A stretch of 64,000 bases of DNA from Nemertoderma westbladi (Eukaryota; Animalia; Xenacoelomorpha). A program made the position numbers and the translations under genes. Positions 52,421 to 64,000 of this stretch are shown in pieces. Every line of letters starts with the position of its first letter. The first letter of the stretch is position 1. Location of the stretch: assembly GCA_032718475.1 (NCBI GenBank), contig JAUCBJ010002835.1, forward strand, positions 32,540 to 96,539, in the 5' to 3' direction. A model generated the notes under the pieces. It searched no databases. It was not told where the DNA came from and was given only the letters and a program-made list of their open reading frames with translations.

Positions 52421-55127
52421 TATTTTTTTACGATTTGGTGGTTGATGTGTTTATTATAAAGTGCAGCCAGTAACATGTGCTTTAATTACGGTACGTCAAC
52501 ATTTTCAATATTTAAAATAAATTAACAATGTACCTTAATGCTTAAACTTTGCGACAAACCCTATATTTGTTAACTCCGTATTACCTACAGCTATTGTTGT
52601 GCCAGTTGTCTTGATGGCTATTAATCTAAGCTCTTTAATATATAGTAACATCTATCGATTTTTTTTTCTTTCTGAACTAAAGATAAATACGCATAATATT
52701 TGGGAGGTGCTGGCCTCTATATAAAATAAACCTGGCTATTCATCCAACTGGAGCGACTTAACATTACTTCGCTCTGTTAGAATTAACACTAGTCTTTAAT
52801 TTGTACGTTATAACCTTATATGACAACATATCACATTACAGCTCTACATTCAGTATAGGAGTGACGTAATGTTTATTTTAGACGAATTCAATACATTATT
52901 TAAACGGAAACTTGGGTTGCTTTTCTATTGTCGAGATCATTTAGAAATAATATTTAGTTATTATTAATCATATATGCTACCGGTAGGCTACATTTAACTT
53001 ACTATTACTACTTATACTTACAATTAATTACACATAAAATAGTAGTTATATTATTGTGATTGGGTGTTTGTTTGTGTTAAAATGCTTGTTATTTGTTATA
53101 ACTATTTACTTGTGCGTAAAGTAACACTTTACATTGTGCCAATCTGTGCGGTATGTTACACGGAAGAAGGTAGTGAGTGATGTGAGATGCAAAGTACTTT
53201 TTTTTTAAACCAAACGTTTTTTTATTCGACAAATTTATAACATTGCGAAACGATTGTTAGTGATATACAATATATTATCCTAAAACAGTTCCTGCAAAGA
53301 CTAATTGCTTCGTTACTGAATATTCAGATGTAATGTGATAACTGTATGTTGTCCTCTAGAGTTTTAATGTACTAGATAATTACTCGCTGTTAATACTAAT
53401 GGCATTAGGTAAGGTTACAATTTTAATGTAATTTAAAATCATGGCCTTTGCTATTATAGGTGTACTTACTTCTATAGTTAAGAGTAGAAATAGCCTTGAG
53501 TCAATTCATATATCTCTCGCCATGCGCATCATTAGGATCGCATTTCAGTTGGTTGGTGAAATAGGATTCCTGGAAACTGGAATCATAATTATAGTTTAGG
53601 GAAAACCAGTAAATGGTACTACAACGTAACCATGGGAACAGGTTTTTCCAACTTAAGAAGCCTTTACTAAAGTAGAACTTCTCAGTTCGAAAATCTAGCA
53701 TCATATTCGGTACATTACCTCGATGTAACTCCTCGTATTTGGCTGACATCAAATGGGGATATGTTTTATTTTGTTGGGTTTCTTTTGAGCAACCAGTAAG
53801 AGGGATTAGCGACTTTGCTAACCAAAAACAGTAAATGTATGTATAATCTCTCTAATAATCTATCAAAAAAAGAAAATAGTAATTATTTTTTTGCACAACC
53901 TTCTTTACCCCCCCCCCCCCCCCCCCCAATCTTTAGTTGCGGGTCATTGTGAAATTGGAAAACTCTAAATCTACCCAGCCACCCTCACCCCCCCCCCCCC
54001 CCCCCCCCCCACCCGCTCATTTAGGAGGGGAGGTATAATCATTAATTATCCAACATGAATAATTAAGCTATTTCTAAATGATTCTGTGATTATAAGATCA
54101 TGTACCAGTTGACTATAAGAGTGATCAGTAGTTTCATGAACGTATAGTTATGGGATCCAATGGATGATTAACTGGAAGTTTAGAGGTTCTATTGAGTTCC
54201 CCAGCATTGTTCTAATGTTTCATTTCACCACACGTCTTTAGGCTATAATAGGCCATACATAGACATATGTATGGCCTAATAGACTAATGAGCCTAATAGA
54301 CAAAAGGATACAATGATCTGACTGAAAATAATATCTACTGTATACGGTTTTTTAATCTGTCTCATATGAATCGGAGTTCATTGTACCACCCACTACTATC
54401 TGACTATATCATTAGGACAAAAGCATGTACATGAGTACAGTAGAAAGTACTGGATCGTGGGTGTATGAGTGACGCCCTCCTTTCATTTCAGGTTACCGTT
54501 ACTGAAGCCAAAGCTTTCAGGTTTTTCCCGTGTTCCATGTATCGCGTTTACTGGTAACTTAAATATAGTTTTAGCATCGATTGATACGCAACCTATTGAA
54601 ACAACCTCATATAGGACTAATAACTTACTTTAAATCGATTTGAAATTGAATTATCCCATATCCATTCAGATTGTTTCACATTCAAATATCCCGCGGGAAC
54701 CGTTCAGCAATTATTGTTTGTGAATTCTACTCCATGGCAGGATGGCACTGACGAGCTTGTCTTTTCAGTGGTACACTACAGCATTACCGGTACTTCTCTG
54801 CATCTGTCTGTCTGTAGATCTATGCATAGTACGGATTACCCGATTATACTGCACCTACTGTAGTAGTACAGTGAGTAGAACTGTAGAACAGTAAGTCAGT
54901 AAGTAGTACGATTCTTTGACTTTGATAAGAGACAACAGGATAGGCCTATATCCGTATATAGCAAAGCAAGAACTATTTTTTCCGCCCAGTCTTGGCTGCT
55001 AGACATCAACCAGCACTGCAATGGTTGTATACCCTTTCGCTGTCTCACTTATCGTAGGCCAATTTATATTGTTTTTATGTCTAGGCCTATTGTCTTATCC
55101 TGTTATCAGATGAGACCGATTGCAGAA

Positions 55128-55192
55128 ATGGCTTCCTTTATAGAATCATTTAAAACAAAGTTACATACAGTTAAACAGGATATTTCGCAGAG
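55128..55192 (+). CDS. DTNBP1: Dysbindin exon 1 (MASFIESFKTKLHTVKQDISQ)
   Basis: ATG at 55128, donor AG|GTGAGT, phase 2; resembles the dysbindin N-terminus. Confidence 0.75.
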
Positions 55193-55228
55193 GTGAGTAG
55201 CAGTAGGTACGTGGAGTCGGAGTGCAGG

Positions 55229-55920
55229 CAGGGCCGGATTAACCAGTAGGCTAATAAGGCTGAAGCCTTAGGGCCATTGAAAAAAGCGGTCACTTTCCTA
55301 CAAAAATGTTGAATTGTAATGAATTGAATGTAATGAGAGTTAATAGGAAGCCTATAAAATAGTCTGTAAAAGGGGCACTTTACATCATTAGTTTCTTAGT
55401 ATATGGACCCGTCCGTGTTCAGGCTAGCCTGGAACCAGTTCATTAAACTGAGTAGATACACCCTTGGTTATGTACTATGTATTATTTGTATATTGCCTAC
55501 ATGCCAGCCTAGCCAAGGCCTCTACAATATCTCAGTTTGCTACCAGCCTACTACAATAGATCAGCGACAAAAGTGACGAAAGTGACATAAGATCAACCAT
55601 GAAGCAAGGTAGACTCTGCTCATTGTCACTTATGTGTTGTATTGAGAATGATTTGCTAGATAGATTTCGCTATTGCCAAAAGCCGAAAAGGGAGAATATT
55701 AATTAATCAACCATGAATAATACTAACTGTTTCATATTAGTTAATAGACTTATTGTGATTTCGATATCGTTATAGGCCTATATTAGATTGGTGATTGGTT
55801 GTAATATTACATTATAAATTAATTAATAAATTATACTATAAACAATATTATGTGAAAAACTAATTTCAGGCCACTTTTTCAAAATAGCCTTAGGGCCACA
55901 AATATGTTAATCCGGCCCTG
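55229..55920. mobile_element. hAT-type MITE in dysbindin intron 1
   Basis: TIR CAGGGCCGGATTAA/TTAATCCGGCCCTG; 8-bp TSD AGTGCAGG; same TIR family as 24792-26467. Confidence 0.92.
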
Positions 55921-56531
55921 AGTGCAGGAGTGAGAGTTCTGAGTTGTTTGTTGTAGGGTCCTAGTCATGTCTTCTACGAAATGATTTGAATTTAATTGAA
56001 CCTGCAAAGTTGAAAATGGGAAATTTAGGAAGGCTCTTATGATATTGATGAACTGTTGAATGTCTGCTGTACACTACCGGCAGACCGGTACATGCTGACA
56101 TCTTCACTAAACCTGTAGTGATGTAGACGACAGTTGATGCTACGGCTACCACGCTACGCTATTCTCTATTCGTTGCCTACTGTCGCCTCGTCGTTGTCTA
56201 CTATTTATTGTCATCATGGCTGCAAGGCTACATGGCAATGGCCCGACCTGCCTGCTCCAAAATACTGGAAGAATGACAATGAATAATCAATGTTGCTCAA
56301 AACGTTTCCACCTGTAAGCAGACCGTAATGCGTTATCCTTATCCCCCTTCTGCTTCTGGCCCTATGATACTCCAATCAGCCAATCCTAAAGCGCACTGTA
56401 AAAAGTAAGGCTTTCGACAATCGCAATGCAGATAGATATACTGATATATATTAGATAGATGGAACTCTAATAGTAATAGCTAGCTGAGTAATGTTTACTT
56501 TCGTAGTCTCCTCTTACTACCAAAAAATTTA

Positions 56532-56602
56532 CCGGAAAGTAAGATTGAACTCGGTACCTAGAGATTCCAAGTTCAACGCTCTACCAACTTCGCCACTGCG
56601 CC
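56532..56602 (-). pseudogene. tRNA-derived relic (SINE head or tRNA pseudogene)
   Basis: A-box-like TGGCGAAGTTGGTAGAGCG and B-box GAGTTCAATC, but acceptor and anticodon stems do not pair. Confidence 0.55.
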
Positions 56603-56841
56603 GTATTAAGCCCTGTAAACTAAAACCCAACTGGAATTAACAACAACGACAACTGAGTGAATACTAGAGGTCTCGCTACGCGGACCTAAAAAAATGAAGC
56701 TATAATAACCTGTGCTGTGTTATTGACTCTGGTTAATTTATTTGATACGAGTTACATTCCACTATTCTGGTCTATTTATATAGTATCTTTATATCTACAT
56801 TGTCTGCTCTTTATCGATTCTCTGTATTGATTCTTAAACAG

Positions 56842-56993
56842 CCTCCATCGCGTCCAACCTGTTTCGGCAGACACAAACAGTTCTCATTCTAATCCGGTTT
56901 CATTTAACGCCGCTTCACAACTTCTTCTTAAATACCAAAATGATTGGCTTGCGATTCACTCCACTTACGAGACTTGTTCGAAGCACACAACAC
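56842..56993 (+). CDS. DTNBP1: Dysbindin exon 2 (..NAASQLLLKYQNDWLAIH..)
   Basis: CAG acceptor, GTAAGT donor, phases 2 to 1; matches the dysbindin LLxxYxxxWxxxH motif. Confidence 0.8.
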
Positions 56994-57225
56994 GTAAGTC
57001 GTTTAATCATAAATTCATTATAAGTTCTTATATGAATCACATTGTTTACCAATAAAATAATGACTATATTTTTATAATAATTAACAAAATGTACAGTATC
57101 CAATTAGGGCCGCTAAATATGAACGCTTTTTTTATTCAGTTATTATTATGGGCTATGAAAATGTATTGATATGTATTGTGACCTGAATAAATTGGTGCCG
57201 GTAACTGGTGTTCTTGTATTTATAG

Positions 57226-57360
57226 CCATCGATCAGAATGTCTCCGATCTTGTAAGCGAATGCTACAAGGAGTACCAATCTGTCTTCCGACTACACAATT
57301 TCCTTACGGATCAGCTGCCTTTATTGATTCACGAACTACAAACTATGTCAACATTAACAG
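57226..57360 (+). CDS. DTNBP1: Dysbindin exon 3 (..IDQNVSDL..QLPLLIHELQTM..)
   Basis: TAG acceptor, GTTAGA donor, phases 1 to 1; QLPxLIxxL motif. Confidence 0.8.
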
Positions 57361-58868
57361 GTTAGACGGAATTATTATCACCAGCTAACTCCTTAATTAA
57401 GGGGGATGGCATCCCCTTTTTTGGAAATTGACAAATAATATTTAATCCAATAATGTGCATTCCAATTAATGGAGATTTCAAATCTGCAAGCAGCTATCTC
57501 ATATCTTTGTTTTTGACAAAAACACAGGAAAACACAAGTAAAGTAAACACTAGAATAATGTTTATCCTGCTTAATAATGTAGAAGTGGTTCGGTGTGGTT
57601 GGGCGCAACCTTCGCCTGCAAGGCAATCTCGCCCGCGAGCAACCTTCGCCCAATAAGATCTGTGTTAGTAACCCTTTTACTTACCAATTGAGGGAAAGGA
57701 GCAGGTTGCAGAGGCAGCTTTTTCTAACCAAAACAATAATTGTTTAGTGGGTAAAGGTTGCTCGCGGGCGAAGATTTCCTGCGGGCGAAGGTTTCTGCCG
57801 GGCGATAGTTGCTCATTTTGAGGACGAAGATTGCTCAGGGCGAAGATTGGAGGCGGGCGATGCTTTCTCGCGGCAGAAGTTTCCTGCGTGCCTTCGGTGT
57901 CTTGGCTCTTGTGGTCGTAAATACGGGTGAAGCCGGTACCTTTCCGGAAATTTCCGGGAAAAAACACATTTCCGGAAAACTCACATCCCTTATTTTAATT
58001 ATTCCTTAAACTTTAAACAAACACATGGTATAAATTGAAATTGTCAGAGTACCATTGTCAATAAATATTCTGAACAAAATGTCCAGGGTCCTTTTTGAAT
58101 AAAAAAGGCTCGAAAATAGCCCCTTTTGGGGCGTTTTATCTCTAAAATGACCCCAGTCCATTTTTAGCAAAACATTTTCAAAATAATTAAATTTCTACAA
58201 ATTTCAACTAAAAATGTTGGTGGAGAAATAAATAGCCTTTTGGCGCAAAAATGCACTTTTCGCCATTACAATGACATTTTGGGGCCAATTTTCAAAATAT
58301 TTGGTTTAGCTATTCTTAATTAAACAGCCCAGACGATGTTTAGTAGCCCAAAAATGAATTTTCACCCAATTTTAGGGTCCAGACCAGAGACACCAAAATA
58401 TGATATTCCCTTTGCCCCCCCCCCCCCCCCCCCACTTTAAATCAAAATCATGTTGTATTATTGTAATATTTCCGTAATAATTTTTTCTGCTAAATTGGTC
58501 CGAAAAAGTCTCACATTATATGACGGATGATTTCTATCATCAAATACGAACTGATAGATTTATGGAGCTCATCATATCCATTTAACTAGGTTTTTCATTG
58601 GGTTTTATCCAAGAGACTACAGCTACAGTACATCAACAAACATGTCCCGGCCATGTTGAAAAAACTCACTGTCCCATATTTGACGTGTCTGGGGCCGACG
58701 TTAATCACGATATAACCAGACTAATTACTTAGATTTAGTTAATGGTTGGGGGCTTATCAGCACATTCCGAATAGGTCGCCTACACGAAGGTTATCGCATC
58801 TGTAACCTGCTTCTGCGACACGCCACTGCCGAATTCCCGCGTTATTTGTCATTCTAATTGTCTTTCAG

Positions 58869-59001
58869 TTTCACTGGTAGATCAGTGTTCGAGTGTTAGT
58901 AGAGATTTAGTTCTTCTGGAAGATGCGTGCGATGAACTGGACTTCCAACGCGAAATATCCCACAAAGTCGGACAATATCAGGATTATAAGATGCTGAAAA
59001 G
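58869..59001 (+). CDS. DTNBP1: Dysbindin exon 4 (..LVLLEDACDELDFQR..YKMLK)
   Basis: TTTCAG acceptor, GTGATA donor, 133 nt, phases 1 to 2; LEDxC motif. Confidence 0.8.
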
Positions 59002-59594
59002 GTGATAATTAGTTTATCTTTAAATATTTAAATAAATCTATATTTCGTACCCCCCCCCCCCCCCCCCCCCCCCCCCCCAGACAATATGACAATAGTTTTG
59101 CTCCAATCCCACGGATTCCAGCAGTATGAGCGGTAACGCATTGCACTTTGATTTAGTTTATGTGATGTTTTTCTACTCCGCTAGGTGGTGTGTTATTTAT
59201 CCAACCGGGGTGGGAGTAGAGCTGGTGAAGCTGTGATTCCATGTTGCTTAGCAACTGGTATCCTACTAACCACTAAGTATTGTTGCGTTGGGTGTATGGG
59301 GTGCGATATGCTCTCTGCGTCAGGATTGTATTGCTGTAGGATTTAGGCTGGTAGTAAATAAGGTTTTGTAATACTGCAGTGATCGGAAACAGGAACAGGT
59401 TGTACTTGTAGGACAGCGGGTTGCCTTGCAACCACCACGGCAATATTGTGAGATCAATAAGTTTAGTTGACTAGTAAGTAGCCAACACTATTGTTATCAT
59501 CGATATTACTTTACGTATGGTCTTACAAACTCTTTGTTTAAACATCCTTTGTTACGAGTTTTACATTTACAAATCGTTATATTTTTATTTCCAG

Positions 59595-59617
59595 GAAAGG
59601 GTTAAATGATTTAAAAA
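59595..59617 (+). CDS. DTNBP1: Dysbindin exon 5, 23-nt microexon (RKGLNDLK)
   Basis: TTTATTTCCAG acceptor, GTGAGT donor; phases 2 to 1 restore the frame between exons 4 and 6. Confidence 0.75.
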
Positions 59618-60227
59618 GTGAGTAACTTAAATATATTTATATAGTAAATTTAATATTTATTTTACATTACGAATAATTTATTTGTTTCCTATAAATTCCG
59701 AGCCATTCGGCTCTATAGCACTCCAGCTTGTTCGCCGTTTTAAATAAGCACAAGTAAGCAAAAGTGCAGCATGGCTGTCGGGATTGACCTAAAAATAGAT
59801 AGTCAGATCCATAAATAGAACATAACGCTGGTCTGGCATGATAGACAGGCATACTGTAGTAACTGTCTAAATAAGTAAACAGCTTTCGTATTTTCTACCA
59901 TCTTCCCAAAAAGTCTGGGAAACATCCCAGTATTGTATTCACACTACGAACTTTATTTGTTGAGCTCTATCTAGTGTGCGCTAACGGTTAGTTGGTGGGC
60001 GCCCTGGGCAGGCGGTTGTGCGGTCTGTTTATCGGTGGGACGGACGGTAATGGAGAAGGTGGGTGGGCGGGAATGCGGTAAGAAAGATGGGAATGTGGGA
60101 AAATGAGAAGAATCCCTCTAATTATAAGTAAAGAAAGCGTATAAAGTAGGTAAATTGTAAAACTACCCATTGTAATAGAACAAATAAAATGGACTACCAT
60201 AGGAAGCTTCTTCGGATAGCCTGGTAT

Positions 60228-60779
60228 CAGAGATGGATACGGGCCAGTATTTCACGGCCCATTGTGCGTTGGGTCTCGATCCGCCACTTCCCGACCCGGT
60301 CCGGACCCGTTAATATTAATTTTTCTAAGCATTACAGTATAAAATAAAATATTAACTTTTCTGATCAATCTACATACACTGATTCTACATACAATATCAG
60401 TTTGTCATCGTGAGCCATTGTTCTAGTTGTTTGGGCATTAGAAAGCTCGAAATATACTAAACAGACATATCTGACTGTGTGGAGTAATCTAAATTTCGTT
60501 TCAATTATTTATTTATAACAAAATTAAACAATAACTCAATAATAAAAACAAATTTAATTTAATATCATTTTAATTTCAATCATTTTAGTGATAAAAACAG
60601 TGTAACAAACATTTTCATATTTTTGTGTTTTTGTTAACTGGATAATATAATTATTCAACTATACCTGGAACTTCAACAATATCCAATATTTAGAATGCGG
60701 CCGAACCTAGGCCTTGCCCTGTTCGGCCCGCCGCACCCCGCGGGCTTGCCCGGCCCGGCCCGGCCCGTATCCATCTCTC
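60228..60779. mobile_element. hAT-like MITE in dysbindin intron 5
   Basis: TIR AGAGATGGATACGGGCC/GGCCCGTATCCATCTCT; subterminal CCCGG repeats; TSD degenerate. Confidence 0.7.
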
Positions 60780-60894
60780 CTCTATCCATTAAGATGAAAT
60801 TGGATCTGATTCATTCAATTCATTAGTTTTTGTACTGGTTGATTTGATATGTTAACGTTTTTATACGATGTATTTCTAATTATTTTATATTCAG

Positions 60895-61044
60895 ATAAAC
60901 TCAATATGGATGAGGCTAAAAGGGATTCTGAGTTGGAGGCGGAGCGGAATGAGGCGTTGCTACAGCAACAAGAGGCTTTAAGTGCCAAATTCAACGAAGA
61001 TATGGAACATTATCGTAAACACGGCGAATTAAAACGTAAACCAG
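60895..61044 (+). CDS. DTNBP1: Dysbindin exon 6 (..KFNEDMEHYRKHGEL..); gene probably continues beyond the window
   Basis: TTCAG acceptor, GTACGT donor; FxxDMExY motif of dysbindin. Confidence 0.8.
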
Positions 61045-61049
61045 GTACG

Positions 61050-62186
61050 TGTTACTAAGGTGTGCGTTAGATCACTAATCCACGAAACCTCACTACTGGG
61101 ATCTGATTCACGGGGTGGAGGTAACCAAACCACTAGGGAGGGACCATTTCTAGCCTAGTTGTATTAATTACGCAAAATTCATAACGCAATAGGTCCTCCC
61201 TCAGTGCTCAGTATATGTAATAACCAGATAAAGATACTGTACTTATGTGATACATAGCCTTTACAGTTTAACACTCAGTATTCTAGGATAAGGGCTGTAG
61301 GTGTAGGGCCGTAGGATGTAGGTTGTAGCCTCCCCACTACACAGAACATGCACACACACGCAGTGATCAGTTGGTCTGAACGTCTAGTGAACACAGAAAT
61401 CGAACGTCATTTGAACATCGATTGCCTGAGGTCTCTTTTACGTTCAATTATCTGTTCATATAAAGCCCATCGAACCCATTGGAAGCGCAAGCGATGGGAA
61501 TGGCCACGTTAATCGATGCATTAAAGACCAGGATCGAGTTACCACCCGTGGAACCATTCAAATTCGATGGAAGTAGGCCGGAAGAATACCTACAGTTTCG
61601 GCGCATGTATAGTAATGAAATATTAACAAAGAATTTGATGCAGGCGGAGTGCCTAAAGTATCTACAAGTGTATACAGGAGGCCCAGCATACGACATCGTG
61701 AGGCAATACCAGGGCATCGAGGGCAGCTTCACGACGGCATGGTGGGCGTTAGACAGGGAGTATGGGCACCGGGCCAAGATCATCCGGCAGACCCTGAGAG
61801 GTATAAAATCGGGTGGCCTACAGGATAACCCCGTTAGCATAAAGACATTCGCTAACAAAGTCGAGAAGGCGCTAATCGTGCTAAAGATGCTGGACGCGCC
61901 ATACGAACTCAACGCATCCAACAACATCACTACGATAGCGCAGGCACTACCGATTTGGCTGCGCAATAAGTGGAGGAAAATCGCTTTCTCCACTGGAGAT
62001 AGGAAGGGTGCGGAACCGGGTCTAGAAGAGATGTCGAGCTTCTTAAACTATGAAGCTGAACTAATAACGGACCCAGTCTATAGTGAGGATAGCCTGGGAA
62101 AGGGACCAAAGACCGATTACCACAGACCGAAACCAGAGCACAACGCGTTGAACGCATTGCCTAAGCTCAGACAGTCACTTCTGTAA
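61050..62186 (+). mobile_element. Second BEL/Pao fragment: possible LTR (~61050-61368) plus gag piece 61479-62186
   Basis: KFDGSRPEEYLQF, LDREYG and LPIWLRNKW are BEL gag (DUF1759-like) motifs. LTR limits (TGTT...CA then TGGT) are tentative. Confidence 0.65.
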
Positions 62187-62511
62187 GGGGAATAGTGTAT
62201 ACCCGATTACTGCAATAATTATTTATTTAGGCCTAATGCTAATTAGTTGGTAGCCTATCGGTATTTACAATGGTGACATAAGTCTGTGATTAATATGAAA
62301 TTATTGTTGCTTAATTAAATATATATGTATGTTTGTTATTCTTATCATATCATATTGGAGTTTAGCATCAATTGTGGTCGGTGCAGATATAACCCGGGAG
62401 AGGGCAAGAAGAACTTATCACATGGAGGTCCCACCAACTGCATCCACTGGAGAACAGCGTTTAATTTAATGGATTGGAGTTTCACAGGCTTATGATCGCC
62501 AGCCATTTCAG

Positions 62512-63243
62512 TTGTTGTTGTTTTTTTTGTTTAAACTGGAGAAGAGGATAACTCGTCAAAACCCACTAGACGTACGTCGTCAATATCACAAGGATATTGA
62601 AGCTGCCAAACAAATGTCGAAGAAGGACGACCCGACCAAGAAGGGCCAGGGTCAAAGTCAAGGTCATGGTCAGCAACTTAACAAAGAAGATGACGGTAGT
62701 GTCGCTTCTGGTAAGGGTGAATCAACATGGGGAATGATGGAGATGTTTAAACAAATGATGTTGAATCAAGCCGAGTTGATGCAACAACAGACGACAGCAA
62801 TGATGGATAGACAATACCAATTTATGCAGGAACATTCTAGAGCGATGGCTATGCAACAAAATGAGTTCTTTTCCAATTTAATGGAGAGTCATAAGGTGAC
62901 TGAAGATAGTCGTTTTAGAGAACTTCAGGATATGCTATCGAATGAAAGAGACACTGCAAATGAACCAAATAGTGGTCGCCGTGACCATGGTGATGATAGT
63001 GGCCGGGGTAGTAGAGGAACAGGTGCTCACCAGATACATCGCTGCACGAAGTTATCAGAGACCATACCACCTTTCGACCCAAAGAAGATGTCTATACAAA
63101 CATGGTTTGATGATTATTATGATCGAATTATGGATGACTCTAGGGTTCCACAGGATGAACGTAGGGATCGTTTACTGGCTAAAGTTGGTCGTTTACACAC
63201 GATGTTGGAGGAAACATCGCATATATGCTACATTAGAAAATAA
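62512..63243 (+). mobile_element. Probable retroelement gag-like N-terminal fragment
   Basis: Gln/Met-rich coiled segment followed by IPPFDPKKMSIQTWFDDY, typical of gag capsid starts; truncated. Confidence 0.4.
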
Positions 63244-63346
63244 TAAGAATTAAATAAGAATTTAAGGAAGAAATAATAATTTAATCACGTTTTAAATAAT
63301 TTATTCTCCCTTCGCAACAAAAAATATTTATGCAAAAAAAAGAATC

Positions 63347-63418
63347 TGGAGACGGCGAGGATTGAACTCGCGGCCTCTCGAATGCGAATCGAGCGCTCTA
63401 CCACTGAGCTACGTCCCC
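63347..63418 (-). tRNA. tRNA-Ala (anticodon CGC)
   Basis: GGGGACGTAGCTCAGTGGTAGAGCGCTCGATTCGCATTCGAGAGGCCGCGAGTTCAATCCTCGCCGTCTCCA forms a full cloverleaf with the G3:U70 Ala determinant; T8 Pol III terminator just downstream. Confidence 0.95.
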
Positions 63419-63825
63419 AGCTGGAAGGAATGATGATATTTGTCAATTACAACACGCTTTCTCAACGCAACGCAACGCAATGCAATGGTTGCATGGCCGG
63501 TTGAGGCATGTAAGTTTGGAAGTGGAATACGATAATATATCAATGGAATGCAACGCACATTTACGGGTTCGGAATATTGCCAAACTGCACTGTGGGAATA
63601 AAACCAAGCGAAAAAGGGGAATTATTTTAGTAACTGTGAAGTGACAGATCATAAATTAACCTGAGTGTGTGGCCATGACGCCATGTGCCCTCCTTACTTC
63701 AATGTAATACCACACCATTTACCTGGCTACTGGCCTCTCTCTGCTATATACTGACCACCTAAGTCTATCGCATGTTAATGTAACAAACGATTACACATTT
63801 TTCAGTTACTTTTAACTTTAGAATT

Positions 63826-64000
63826 TGTGGGGCGAGCCACAAACTAAGGAAGTAAGGCTCACCTATAGTAAGACACTATAATGGTACCCCTGTACCATTG
63901 GTGTTTTTTTTTACCACTGTTGTCTGTACCTCTGTAGATCTGTCTCTACCTGTCTCGACAAGCCGGCACATCATTTTTAATATATCCTGAGTACTTTAAA
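63826..64000 (+). mobile_element. Foldback element family, copy D (5' end only)
   Basis: TGTGGGGCGAGCCAC start shared with copies A-C; degenerate CTGT repeats follow. Confidence 0.5.

Noticed and set aside
54746-54775. CTGACGAG hammerhead-like core
   Set aside because: No downstream GAAA or stem II.
57590-57900. GGGCGAAG-rich short ORFs
   Set aside because: Subterminal ~18-bp repeats of an intronic repeat relic; ends and TSD could not be defined.

Overview
Animal (invertebrate-type) nuclear DNA, AT-rich and transposon-laden; the taxon cannot be fixed from the sequence. It holds six conserved genes whose whole CDS is one exon: MEAK7/TLDc, a divergent NRF1/EWG, an M13 neprilysin/ECE, a frameshifted CYP2-clan P450, RPLP2 and ZNF330/NOA36. 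A six-exon dysbindin (DTNBP1) gene, missed by the ORF track, keeps GT-AG introns and a 23-nt microexon. Other content: a ~10.6 kb 51-bp satellite with a ~1.6 kb higher-order repeat, a minimal hammerhead ribozyme, tRNA-Ala(CGC), an internally deleted BEL/Pao LTR element, RTE and CR1/L2-like LINE relics, a P/THAP9 transposase fragment and several hAT-type MITEs with 8-bp TSDs. A four-copy foldback element family appears to insert at YTGTT with a TGT core at both ends. All counts and alignments were made by eye; no database searches were run.
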